From NCBI GenBank assembly GCA_037445915.1, contig JBBIJQ010000047.1, positions 1-15,715 of the forward strand: a stretch of DNA of 15,715 bases, read 5' to 3'. Origin of the DNA: Planctomycetales bacterium. Its GTDB lineage: Bacteria > 4484-113. Positions 8,480 through 15,715 of the stretch are shown piece after piece. The notes beneath the pieces are model-generated. The model was not told where the DNA came from, made no database searches, and saw nothing but the letters and a program-made list of their open reading frames with translations. The first letter of the stretch is position 1; each line of letters opens with the position of its first letter. Position numbers and translations under genes: made by a program.

Positions 8480-9037
8480 ATGTCACAGACTTTTCAGGCT
8501 TCGCCTCCGCTTACTTCCGAAGATGTGGCTCTATACCGCGCTGGGGATATCATCAACCTCAACGGGACTGTTTTCACCGCTCGTGATGCAGCTCACAAGC
8601 GCATTGTGGATCTGTTGGATAAGGGCGAGGCGCCTCCCTTCAGCCTACTCGGCGCAGCCATTTACTATGTCGGCCCTACGCCTGCGAAACCGGGGCAAGT
8701 CATTGGCTCCGCAGGCCCTACTACTTCCAGCCGCATGGACCCCTACACGCCGCGCATGCTTGAAGGCGGTGTGAAGATGCTCATCGGCAAAGGCGCGCGC
8801 GGTCCAGAGGTGCGCGAAGCGCTGCGCAAGCACCAGGGGGTTTACTGCGCGGCCATAGGCGGCGCGGCGGCAGTAATTTCTAAGAGCATTACCGCCTGCG
8901 AAGTAATCGCCTTCCCGGAGTTGGGGGCTGAGGCGGTGCGCAAGCTGACAGTCTTGGATTTTCCGGTCATCGTCGTGAATGATGTTGAAGGCAACGATTT
9001 GCACGAGTTGGGTATCAGCAAGTATAGGAGTATTTGA
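8480..9037 (+). CDS. Class I Fe-S hydro-lyase beta subunit (two-subunit fumarate hydratase / tartrate dehydratase beta)
   Basis: GD...LNG..FTARDAAHKR, IYYVGPTP, GSAGPTTSSRMDPYTP, IGKG.RG, GGAAA, ELG.EAVR.L.V.DFP.IV.ND..GNDL. Adjacency to sdh favours fumarase. Confidence 0.92.
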   Translation: MSQTFQASPPLTSEDVALYRAGDIINLNGTVFTARDAAHKRIVDLLDKGEAPPFSLLGAAIYYVGPTPAKPGQVIGSAGPTTSSRMDPYTPRMLEGGVKMLIGKGARGPEVREALRKHQGVYCAAIGGAAAVISKSITACEVIAFPELGAEAVRKLTVLDFPVIVVNDVEGNDLHELGISKYRSI

Positions 9038-9103
9038 TTGGCAGCGGCGTTTGCGTTGCGCTTCCGCTAAGGCCGGGTGCGGATGCATTCGGCGGTGAAA
9101 CTT

Positions 9104-9727
9104 ATGAGCACTAATGTATTCGTAAGCAACTACTACTTTATTAAGCGGCTTCACAGCCTGTTGGGGATTATCCCGCTCACTTTGTTTCTCACGGAGCACT
9201 TGCTGGTGAATTCGCTTTCCACCGTCGGTTCCTCACAGTTCAATGCGGCCGCAAGCGTGCTCCGGAGCATGCCTTACCTCATCGTGATTGAGCTGGCGGT
9301 CATCATCGTGCCGTTGTACTTCCACGGCATACTTGGCGTGTGGATCGCTTTTCAAGGGTCGGTTGAAGTGCGGGTGCCCTACATGCGCAACTGGCTTTAC
9401 ACCCTCCAGCGCGCGACCGGCCTCATTTTGCTCTTGTTCGTCACTTACCACATTTACGCCGCCCGCATCTTTAGCGATTTGGCTGGCAAGCACGACTTGT
9501 ACGCGCTGATGGCGGAATACCTTGCCAGCCCGCTAATCTATGCGGTTTATGTTGTAGGCATCGCCTGCGCAGCGTTTCACGCCGGCAACGGCATCTTCAA
9601 CTTCGTTTACAAGTGGGGCATTACCGTCAGCGAGCGCTCGCAAACCTGGGCGATGGCGCTAGGGCTGCTTATTGGCCTTGTGCTTTTTGCCGCAGGGATG
9701 GGCGCGCTCTACGGCTTTACCCGCTAG
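9104..9727 (+). CDS. sdhC: Succinate dehydrogenase cytochrome b558 subunit (Bacillus type, 5 TM, diheme)
   Basis: RLHSLLGIIP, EHL..NS, FHGILG, NW.YTLQR.TG, YHI, FH..NG and KWGITVS.RSQ, giving four candidate heme-ligand His. Start ATG 9104 follows GGCGGTGA. Confidence 0.9.
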   Translation: MSTNVFVSNYYFIKRLHSLLGIIPLTLFLTEHLLVNSLSTVGSSQFNAAASVLRSMPYLIVIELAVIIVPLYFHGILGVWIAFQGSVEVRVPYMRNWLYTLQRATGLILLLFVTYHIYAARIFSDLAGKHDLYALMAEYLASPLIYAVYVVGIACAAFHAGNGIFNFVYKWGITVSERSQTWAMALGLLIGLVLFAAGMGALYGFTR

Positions 9728-9746
9728 CAGTATTTAAAGGTGCATT

Positions 9747-11483
9747 ATGTCTGACCGTGCAATCATCATCGTCGGTGGAGGCCTTGCAGGCCTGATGGCC
9801 ACTATCCGCGTATGCGAGGAAGGCCACCCCGTTAAGCTCTTTTCTTACGTCCCCGTAAAGCGCAGCCACAGCGTGACAGCGCAGGGAGGCATCAACGCTT
9901 CCATCAACATTAAAGGGGAGGGCGACAGCCCGCAGGTCCACTTTGAGGAGACCATTGTCGGCGGCGACTTCCTTGCCAACCAGCCCCCGGCAAAGGGAAT
10001 GTGCGACGACGCGCCGAACATCGTCTATCTGCTTGACCGCATGGGAGTGCCGTTCAACCGCACGCCCGAAGGCAACCTGGACTTTCGCGGCTTTGGTGGG
10101 ACGCTCTACCATAGGACTGCCTTCGCCGGCGCGACCTCCGGCCAACAACTTGTGTATGCGCTGGACGAGCAGGTCCGGCGCTACGAGGCGCAGGGGCTTG
10201 TGGAGAAGTTTGAGTATTGGAGCATGCAGGGAATCATCAAGGACTCCGCAGGGCGCTGCCGGGGCATCACTGCGCTGAATATGCCGACGATGGAGGTCAG
10301 GGCGATTCCCGCGCCGGCAGTTATCCTTGCGCTGGGCGGTGCCGGACTCATCTTCGGCAAGTCAACGAATTCAATGATAAACACCGGCTCGGCGATTATT
10401 CGCGCGTTCAAGGCCGGCGCGCGCTTCGGCAACCCAGAATTCTACCAGGTGCACCCCACCGCTATCGCTGGAGTGGACAAGCGCCGCCTTATCTCCGAAA
10501 GCGTGCGCGCCGAAGGGGGGCGGGTCTGGACATTCAAAGACGGGAAGCCGTGGTACTTTTTTGAAGAGATGTATCCTGCCTACAAGAACCTTGTCCCGCG
10601 CGATATCGCATCGCGTGTAATCTACGATGTGGTCATCAACCAGGGGCTGGGCGTGAACGGGCAGCGTTATGTCTATTTGGATGTGTCGCACCTTGACGAA
10701 GACATGCTGCGGCGCAGGCTCGGTGGCGTGCTGGAGATATACGAAAAGTTCATGGGCGAAGACCCCTACCACAATCCAATGAAGGTTTATCCTGCTGTCC
10801 ATTATGCAATGGGCGGGATGTGGGTTGATTACAAGCATATGACAAGCATGCCTGGGCTGTTCGCCGTGGGCGAATGCGACTACCAGTATCACGGCGCGAA
10901 TAGGCTGGGCGCAAACTCGCTGTTGTCCTGCATCTACGCAGGCCGAGTCGTCGGCAAGCCGGCTGTTGAGTATGCTAAGGAACTGCTGCCTGCGCTGACG
11001 GAGGCGAACATAGGCGAAGCGGTGCAGGGCGAAATTAAAGCTTTTGAAGAAGTGTTTGCTTCCGAGGGCGGCGAAAACGCTTATGTAATACAGGACGAGA
11101 TGGGCGAGTTGATGGACCAGAACGTTACCATCGTCCGCGACAACAAAGTGCTTGACAGCGTGGCATCCAAGCTGTACGACCTTGAGGCGCGCGCATCCAG
11201 GATCGGGCTGCGAGACAAGGGGCGGCGGATGAACGCCGAAGCGGTATTCGTGCGTGAGCTGCGCGACCGCCTGTTATACGCAAGGCTTATCGTGCAGGCC
11301 GCAAGGCTGCGCGATGAGAGCCGGGGCGCGCACTACAAGCCGGATTTCCCTAAGCGCAACGACCAGGAATGGCTCAAGACTACGCTTGCGGACTACACTC
11401 CTGACGGAATCGATATATCTTACGAGCCTGTTGACACATCACTGCTGCCATTGCGCGAGCGGCGCTACGACGTTAAACACTAG
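9747..11483 (+). CDS. sdhA: Succinate dehydrogenase/fumarate reductase flavoprotein subunit
   Basis: GGGLAG FAD-binding motif, RSHSVTAQGGIN (covalent-FAD His), QVHPT, SES.R.EGG, HYAMGG, HGANRLGANSL and RDESRGAHY. Confidence 0.97.
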   Translation: MSDRAIIIVGGGLAGLMATIRVCEEGHPVKLFSYVPVKRSHSVTAQGGINASINIKGEGDSPQVHFEETIVGGDFLANQPPAKGMCDDAPNIVYLLDRMGVPFNRTPEGNLDFRGFGGTLYHRTAFAGATSGQQLVYALDEQVRRYEAQGLVEKFEYWSMQGIIKDSAGRCRGITALNMPTMEVRAIPAPAVILALGGAGLIFGKSTNSMINTGSAIIRAFKAGARFGNPEFYQVHPTAIAGVDKRRLISESVRAEGGRVWTFKDGKPWYFFEEMYPAYKNLVPRDIASRVIYDVVINQGLGVNGQRYVYLDVSHLDEDMLRRRLGGVLEIYEKFMGEDPYHNPMKVYPAVHYAMGGMWVDYKHMTSMPGLFAVGECDYQYHGANRLGANSLLSCIYAGRVVGKPAVEYAKELLPALTEANIGEAVQGEIKAFEEVFASEGGENAYVIQDEMGELMDQNVTIVRDNKVLDSVASKLYDLEARASRIGLRDKGRRMNAEAVFVRELRDRLLYARLIVQAARLRDESRGAHYKPDFPKRNDQEWLKTTLADYTPDGIDISYEPVDTSLLPLRERRYDVKH

Positions 11484-11496
11484 GAGCTGGACGATA

Positions 11497-12246
11497 ATGC
11501 CAAAGACAGTTCTACTGCGGATAAGGCGGCAAGCTGGACCCCACGAGCCATCCCGATGGGAGGAGTTTGAGTTGCCCCACGAGGAGCGGATGAATGTTAT
11601 CCGCTGCCTCCAGCTAATTCAGCGAAACCCTACGAACAGGATGGGTGAGGCTTCGGCCGCGCCGGTCTGGGACCAGTCGTGCCTGGAAGAGGTCTGCGGC
11701 GCCTGCACAATGATTATCAACGGCGGCGTGCGCCAGGCGTGCACCGCGCTGGTTGACGATTACTCACAGCCTATCACGCTTGAGCCGCTCACCAAGTTTC
11801 CGCTGGTCAAAGACCTCATCGTTGACCGCCAGCGTTTCTTTGTGGACTTAAAGAAGGCGAAGGTGTGGGTTGACATTGACGGGACTTATGCGCTTGGCGC
11901 AGGCCCGAAATACAGCGAAAAGGTTCAAGCTGTCCGCTACGAGCTGTCGCGGTGCATGACCTGCGGGTGTTGCCTTGAAGTTTGCCCACAGTACGGAGAG
12001 GAACGGGCGTTTGTCGGCGCGGCTGTCATCTCGCAAGTAAGGCTGTTTAACCTACACCCCACTGGCGCGATGCAGGCAGACATGAGGCTTGAGGAGCTAA
12101 CCAAGCCCGGGGGCATCGCAGACTGCGGCAATGCCCAGAATTGCGTGCGCGCCTGCCCGAAGGAAATCCCGCTCACCGAATCCATCTCAGCGACCGGCCG
12201 GCAGATGGTCGGATATGGCTTGCGCAAGTTCCTTGGCAGCCGATGA
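11497..12246 (+). CDS. sdhB: Succinate dehydrogenase iron-sulfur subunit (249 aa)
   Basis: Start ATG 11497 (MPKTVLLRIRRQ), after AGGAG overlapping the sdhA stop. Cys clusters CLEEVCGAC...C, CMTCGCCLEVCP and CGNAQNCVRACP. Confidence 0.96.
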   Translation: MPKTVLLRIRRQAGPHEPSRWEEFELPHEERMNVIRCLQLIQRNPTNRMGEASAAPVWDQSCLEEVCGACTMIINGGVRQACTALVDDYSQPITLEPLTKFPLVKDLIVDRQRFFVDLKKAKVWVDIDGTYALGAGPKYSEKVQAVRYELSRCMTCGCCLEVCPQYGEERAFVGAAVISQVRLFNLHPTGAMQADMRLEELTKPGGIADCGNAQNCVRACPKEIPLTESISATGRQMVGYGLRKFLGSR

Positions 12247-12288
12247 TTTGCGGCGGCCGCCGGAGCTGTAAGCTGGTAGTTGTTAAAT

Positions 12289-12316
12289 GAAAGGGACCCC
12301 CGAAGGGGTCCCTTTC
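12289..12316. terminator. Bidirectional intrinsic terminator
   Basis: Perfect 12-bp inverted repeat GAAAGGGACCCC-cgaa-GGGGTCCCTTTC between convergent sdhB and the peptidase gene. The minus-strand loop is C(UUCG)G, with short T-rich tails on both strands. Confidence 0.85.
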
Positions 12317-12335
12317 TATTGCCCGAGAAGGGAAG

Positions 12336-14381
12336 CTAGTCGTTAGGGAATGTCAAGCCTTCAATAATCTGTGCGCGGTTTGTGCTGGTATCAAAGCTGA
12401 CCGGCAGCAGATAGAACCGGTAGTTCGGGTCTGCGTAGAGGGTTAGGTTGAGGTCGCGCCCGTCGCCGTTTCCAATGAGGGTGTAGTGCGCGCAATACGG
12501 CGCAACAGGGATGAGAGAGCGGGTAACCGGGTAAGTATCGCCTTCGCCCGGCAGGCGCAGTATGGGAACGCCAGGCAGGCGCTGGCTTTCCTCCATGCCA
12601 ACAGTGCTGCGAACGTCAAAGGTAAGGTAGTGCAGCCACGGGTTGTTCCGAATACTTAGCGGCGATTCGTCGGAGACGTAAATGCCGTCTATGAGGTTGG
12701 CTAGCATAAACTTGGTGTGCAGGACATCAAATCTGTCGCCGGTAGCGGCTTCAAGCATAGCAATTGGGTTAGACCCGCCATCGGTGTAAAGCTTGCGGAT
12801 TGTCCCAGGCCCGTAGTGCTCGGCGATATAGAGGAAGAATAGGAAGCGCGCGCCGTGGGAGGCGTCTTCATCCACGCCGGTCATGCGCTCTGCGTCACAG
12901 GGGACAGGGATGCTGTTAATATTGTTAAGGTAGTTGCGAACCTGGTCCACCAGGAGCTGCGCAGTGCGGCCGCTCTGAAGTGTGTAGCCGGCCTGGTAGA
13001 CCGCAAGCTGAGACAAGCCTTCGTTGAGCCAGATGCTGTCAGGAAGCTGGTGGTCGGCATAAAGCTTGTGCTGGAACTCATGCGCAAGTACGGCGTAAGG
13101 CTGGCTCCAGTCGTCGGAGTCAGCGGGGAAGATGCGGGTGTCCAGGAACAAGGTTGACCAGGCGTAAGACTCCTGCTGCTGCTGGCCTTCTTCTTCAAGG
13201 GATGGACGGTTAATACCACGCGTCCAGTTCTGGTAAAGGCCGGCTGCGCCTTGAAGGTTCATTATCGCGACTATTACGCGGTTATCGCGACCGATGGAAA
13301 GGTCAGGCTCTCCAGGCAGCGTACGGATGAGGTTGCCGTTGCTATCAAAGTCGTTGCCGGTCAGGGTTATGTTGCGGTCAATGTTCTTCCATATCGGACC
13401 GTCATCGGTGCCCGGCCCGGAGTTGTTGTAGCCAAGTATACTGCCGAATGCAGCCTGGACCTTCGGGAAGATGTTAATGTCAAACTCCTGAGCGAAGGCA
13501 GCAAGTCGGCGCTCGGTGAAACGAACCCCATCGGGAAAGCCTTGGTTGTTTTCACACGTAAGGAACACATAGCTATGTGCGCCAATGGCGACCAGGCGGG
13601 CATCCTGTCCATCGTAATTGTCAGGCCAGCGAAGTTCATCGATATCCTGCTGATCGTCATCGCCGGGCTGGATTGGAGGCAGCGGGATTGTGCGCGGGAT
13701 TTCGGTGAAAGTGCGCACTTCGCCCTTGCTCAAAAGCGATGCGGATTTCACGACCGCTTCCACATCGTAGCCAGTCGTAGCTTTCAGGTGGTCGCGCTCG
13801 CGTTCATAAAGCGCGCTTACAGGCAACTTATCCTTGGTCATCGGCAAGCCCTTGTAGTTTGCAGGGTCCATATTAAGGTCTGCCGGCGCAAGGGCAGGAG
13901 TGCTGTTCACCGAGGAAACGCCGCGCGAGACCAGGCTAAAGACCAGCGAGAACGAAAATGGCGGGAAATACTGGAGCTGAGTTTGCAAGGGGTGCCAGTC
14001 CAGATATGCCTTGTTAACGTTCATGGTCACCAGCGCGACTTTTTGGTTAGGCTGGAAGCTGCTCACAGAAAGGAAGCCGTTTCCGCCGCTGTCTACGGGC
14101 AGCGAGAAAATGGAATCCCCAGGAACCCATGGCGGGAAGACATTAGGCGTACCCGGGTTGCCTGAAGGCGGGGAAGGCGGCACGTATCCGTTGTAGCCGG
14201 GAAGTGAGCCCGGCGGGTTCAACGGAGGCGTATTACTACCAGGTATGTAAGTATTGCCACCTGTGCTCGTGTTCGGCGTATCAGTGGGCGTAGGCGTTGT
14301 GCCGCCGCCACCGCCGCCGCATGCCGAAAAGGCCGCCAGTGCAAAAAGCAACACAATCAACGGCAGAAAGACTTTCTTCAT
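12336..14381 (-). CDS. Lipoprotein zinc metallopeptidase (681 aa), gluzincin, clan MA (M30-like)
   Basis: Start ATG 14381 with AAGGAG 7 nt upstream. Lipobox FSAC-GGGGGG, then a Pro/Thr/Gly linker. LAHEFQH (HExxH at 13082-13068), WLNEGLSQLA and FLFFLYIAEHYG. Confidence 0.78.
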   Translation of the reverse strand: MKKVFLPLIVLLFALAAFSACGGGGGGTTPTPTDTPNTSTGGNTYIPGSNTPPLNPPGSLPGYNGYVPPSPPSGNPGTPNVFPPWVPGDSIFSLPVDSGGNGFLSVSSFQPNQKVALVTMNVNKAYLDWHPLQTQLQYFPPFSFSLVFSLVSRGVSSVNSTPALAPADLNMDPANYKGLPMTKDKLPVSALYERERDHLKATTGYDVEAVVKSASLLSKGEVRTFTEIPRTIPLPPIQPGDDDQQDIDELRWPDNYDGQDARLVAIGAHSYVFLTCENNQGFPDGVRFTERRLAAFAQEFDINIFPKVQAAFGSILGYNNSGPGTDDGPIWKNIDRNITLTGNDFDSNGNLIRTLPGEPDLSIGRDNRVIVAIMNLQGAAGLYQNWTRGINRPSLEEEGQQQQESYAWSTLFLDTRIFPADSDDWSQPYAVLAHEFQHKLYADHQLPDSIWLNEGLSQLAVYQAGYTLQSGRTAQLLVDQVRNYLNNINSIPVPCDAERMTGVDEDASHGARFLFFLYIAEHYGPGTIRKLYTDGGSNPIAMLEAATGDRFDVLHTKFMLANLIDGIYVSDESPLSIRNNPWLHYLTFDVRSTVGMEESQRLPGVPILRLPGEGDTYPVTRSLIPVAPYCAHYTLIGNGDGRDLNLTLYADPNYRFYLLPVSFDTSTNRAQIIEGLTFPND

Positions 14382-14423
14382 AGCCGCACTCCTTGTAGAC
14401 ATGTGCGTATTACGCATCAGCCT

Positions 14424-14429
14424 ATTATA
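14424..14429 (-). promoter_or_regulatory. Putative -10 element for the peptidase gene
   Basis: Minus-strand TATGGGTATAATAGG in the short intergenic gap, upstream of the AAGGAG SD. No clear -35. Confidence 0.5.
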
Positions 14430-14442
14430 CCCATATTAACGA

Positions 14443-14958
14443 CTAAGATTCTGGCTCAGTCTGGTTCGCCGAGCTTTCAGCCTGGTCGTCCTCAAGCATC
14501 CTCTTGATTAGCCTGCGCCCGTTGTTCACTGATTCAAGCGACTGAGTGAACGAGTCGGCAAGCTTAGCAAGATTTTCATCAGTATAAATCAGGGATTCGC
14601 GCCTGATATCATTGGCTTTCTCCCTTGCGTTTTCCACCAGCCGGTCAGCTTCAAACTGAGCTTCGCGGACAATGGACTCTTCGCTTACCATGTCGCGCAG
14701 CCGGTCTTCGGCGGTCTGGAGAATGCGGCGGTGTTCGCGTTTAGCATTCTCAATGATGTTGTTGCGCTCCCCAACAATTTCCTGCGCTTCCTTAAGGATA
14801 GCGGGTATCGCTTCCCTTAGTTCCATGCAGATGCGGAAGAACTCCTGGTCGGGGATGAGGATTTTATGCGGCAGTAGGAACGAGCTTTTCTGGGCGAACC
14901 CTTCAAGTTCGTCTAATAGCCGCTCAATTGTCTCGAGTCGTTCCCTTTCGTCAACCAT
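14443..14958 (-). CDS. DivIVA-like / ATP synthase subunit b-like coiled-coil protein commonly encoded after coaD
   Basis: LLDELE......KILI...E......ELREAIP..LKEAQEIV.ER..II..AK.E..RI...AE and EESIVREA..EA. The pattern and the position right after coaD match this family. Confidence 0.7.
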   Translation of the reverse strand: MVDERERLETIERLLDELEGFAQKSSFLLPHKILIPDQEFFRICMELREAIPAILKEAQEIVGERNNIIENAKREHRRILQTAEDRLRDMVSEESIVREAQFEADRLVENAREKANDIRRESLIYTDENLAKLADSFTQSLESVNNGRRLIKRMLEDDQAESSANQTEPES

Positions 14959-14980
14959 AAGCGGTTTGCTTCTCCGGGGA

Positions 14981-15460
14981 TTACTTCAAGCGATGAATTA
15001 TAGCATCTTCTACGGCGGAAGGCACGAAAGGCGAAATATCAGCCCCCAGCCGCGCGATTTCCTTAACCAGCGACGAGCTTAAGTAAAGGTGTTCCAGGCT
15101 TGCGACGAAGAAAACGGTCTGTATTCCGGAATCCAGCCGCGAGTTCATCGCCGCCATCTGAAATTCGTAATCAAAGTCGCTAGTTTGCCGCAAGCCACGG
15201 ATGAGAATGTTCGCGTTGATGGACTTTGCATAGTCAACGAGCAAGCCGTGAAAGGAAGTAACGGTAACCCCTTCCATTCCCGCCGTGACGCGCTGCATCA
15301 GCTCAAGGCGTTCCTCAAGCGTGAATGTGCAGTCCTTGGCGGCAGGCTCTGCGACCGCAACGAGCACTTGCGGGAAAACGCATAACGCGCGGCGCAGGAT
15401 GTCTAAATGGCCGTTAGTGACCGGATCAAAAGTGCCAGCGTAGATTGCAGGTTGTGTAAT
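14981..15460 (-). CDS. coaD: Phosphopantetheine adenylyltransferase (159 aa), probable ATT start
   Basis: The frame extends 5' of the track ORF to give (I)TQPAIYAGTFDPVTNGHLDILRRA. Also F..EER, GLLVDYA, RGLR..SDFDYEFQMA.MN and SSSLVKEIA. An in-frame TAG lies at 15481-15479. Confidence 0.95.
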   Translation of the reverse strand: MTQPAIYAGTFDPVTNGHLDILRRALCVFPQVLVAVAEPAAKDCTFTLEERLELMQRVTAGMEGVTVTSFHGLLVDYAKSINANILIRGLRQTSDFDYEFQMAAMNSRLDSGIQTVFFVASLEHLYLSSSLVKEIARLGADISPFVPSAVEDAIIHRLK

Positions 15461-15480
15461 AGCCCCTCCTAAAGGCTCCT

Positions 15481-15509
15481 AGTTTATAGTTAAGAGGTTA
15501 GGCTGTCAA
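15481..15509 (-). promoter_or_regulatory. sigma70-type promoter for coaD
   Basis: TTGACA (15509-15504), 17-nt spacer, TAAACT (15486-15481). SD AGGAGG at 15470-15465. Confidence 0.7.
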
Positions 15510-15558
15510 ATCCGAACATCCAAGAAAGCCCGCCGGGTAGTGTGGCGGGTTGGCAAGT

Positions 15559-15586
15559 TTGCAGGTATACTGTCTGTGGGTAGAAT
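15559..15586 (+). promoter_or_regulatory. Possible promoter for the prepilin-like gene
   Basis: TTGCAG (15559-15564), 16-nt spacer, TAGAAT (15581-15586). An alternative -10, TATACT, lies at 15566-15571. Confidence 0.4.
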
Positions 15587-15596
15587 ACCCGTGAAT

Positions 15597-15715
15597 ATGA
15601 AAAGCGCGATATCTTTTGTGCAGGATTCATCGCCGCGTATGAGGCGGGATAACGCAGGCTATTCGCTCGTAGAGCTCATGGTCGTGCTCGTTATCATAGC
15701 CATCATTATTGGCGT
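15597..15715 (+). CDS. Type IV prepilin / pseudopilin-like protein, 5' part only
   Basis: Not in the track. MKSAISFVQDSSPRMRRDNAG|YSLVELMVVLVIIAIIIG is a class III signal with Gly-1, Glu+5 and a hydrophobic helix. The start could instead be GTG 15591 or ATG 15639. Confidence 0.85.
   Translation, partial: MKSAISFVQDSSPRMRRDNAGYSLVELMVVLVIIAIIIG

Noticed and set aside
11254-11496. 81-aa N-terminal extension of SdhB in the ORF track
   Set aside because: Overlaps sdhA by about 230 nt. Homology and the SD point to ATG 11497.
13251-14165. 304-aa plus-strand ORF
   Set aside because: Entirely antisense to the peptidase lipoprotein gene, with no recognisable motifs or RBS; a shadow ORF.
14981-15367. 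coaD as a truncated 128-aa protein or pseudogene
   Set aside because: The frame continues upstream without a stop through the catalytic motif, and the promoter and SD are intact. A near-cognate start or single-base error explains it better.
15551-15563. sigma54-like TGGCA...TTGCA before the pilin-like gene
   Set aside because: Only 4 nt separate TGGC and TTGC; sigma54 promoters need 7.
1-15715. CRISPR arrays, tRNA/rRNA, IS elements, phage or defence genes
   Set aside because: No spaced direct repeats, cloverleaf motifs, or transposase, integrase or nuclease motifs were seen. Nearly all sequence is accounted for by CDSs and short intergenic gaps.

Overview
Gene-dense bacterial chromosomal window with no mobile element, CRISPR array or RNA gene that I can detect. 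From left to right: (1) a site-2 (M50) protease cut by the window edge; (2) a minus-strand four-gene ABC operon (GldA-like ATPase, GldF-like permease, GldG-family auxiliary protein, DUF4340-like protein); (3) divergent lemA and a PQQ-like beta-propeller lipoprotein; (4) a convergent lipoprotein with beta-sandwich repeats; (5) a class I fumarase/hydro-lyase beta subunit gene followed by Bacillus-type sdhCAB; (6) a bidirectional terminator; (7) a large HExxH...NEGLS zinc-peptidase lipoprotein; (8) a DivIVA-like coiled-coil gene and coaD; (9) the start of a divergent type IV prepilin-like gene. The best-supported oddity is coaD, which has an intact N-terminus but no ATG/GTG/TTG start. It appears to initiate at ATT, behind an AGGAGG site and a TTGACA-N17-TAAACT promoter. 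Also notable are two candidate leaderless genes, an orphan fumarase beta subunit heading the sdh cluster, and three uncharacterised lipoproteins. I cannot demonstrate a new multi-gene system from sequence alone. The envelope module around the Gld-like ABC operon is the most plausible candidate and remains speculative. All family calls come from motif recognition, not database searches.
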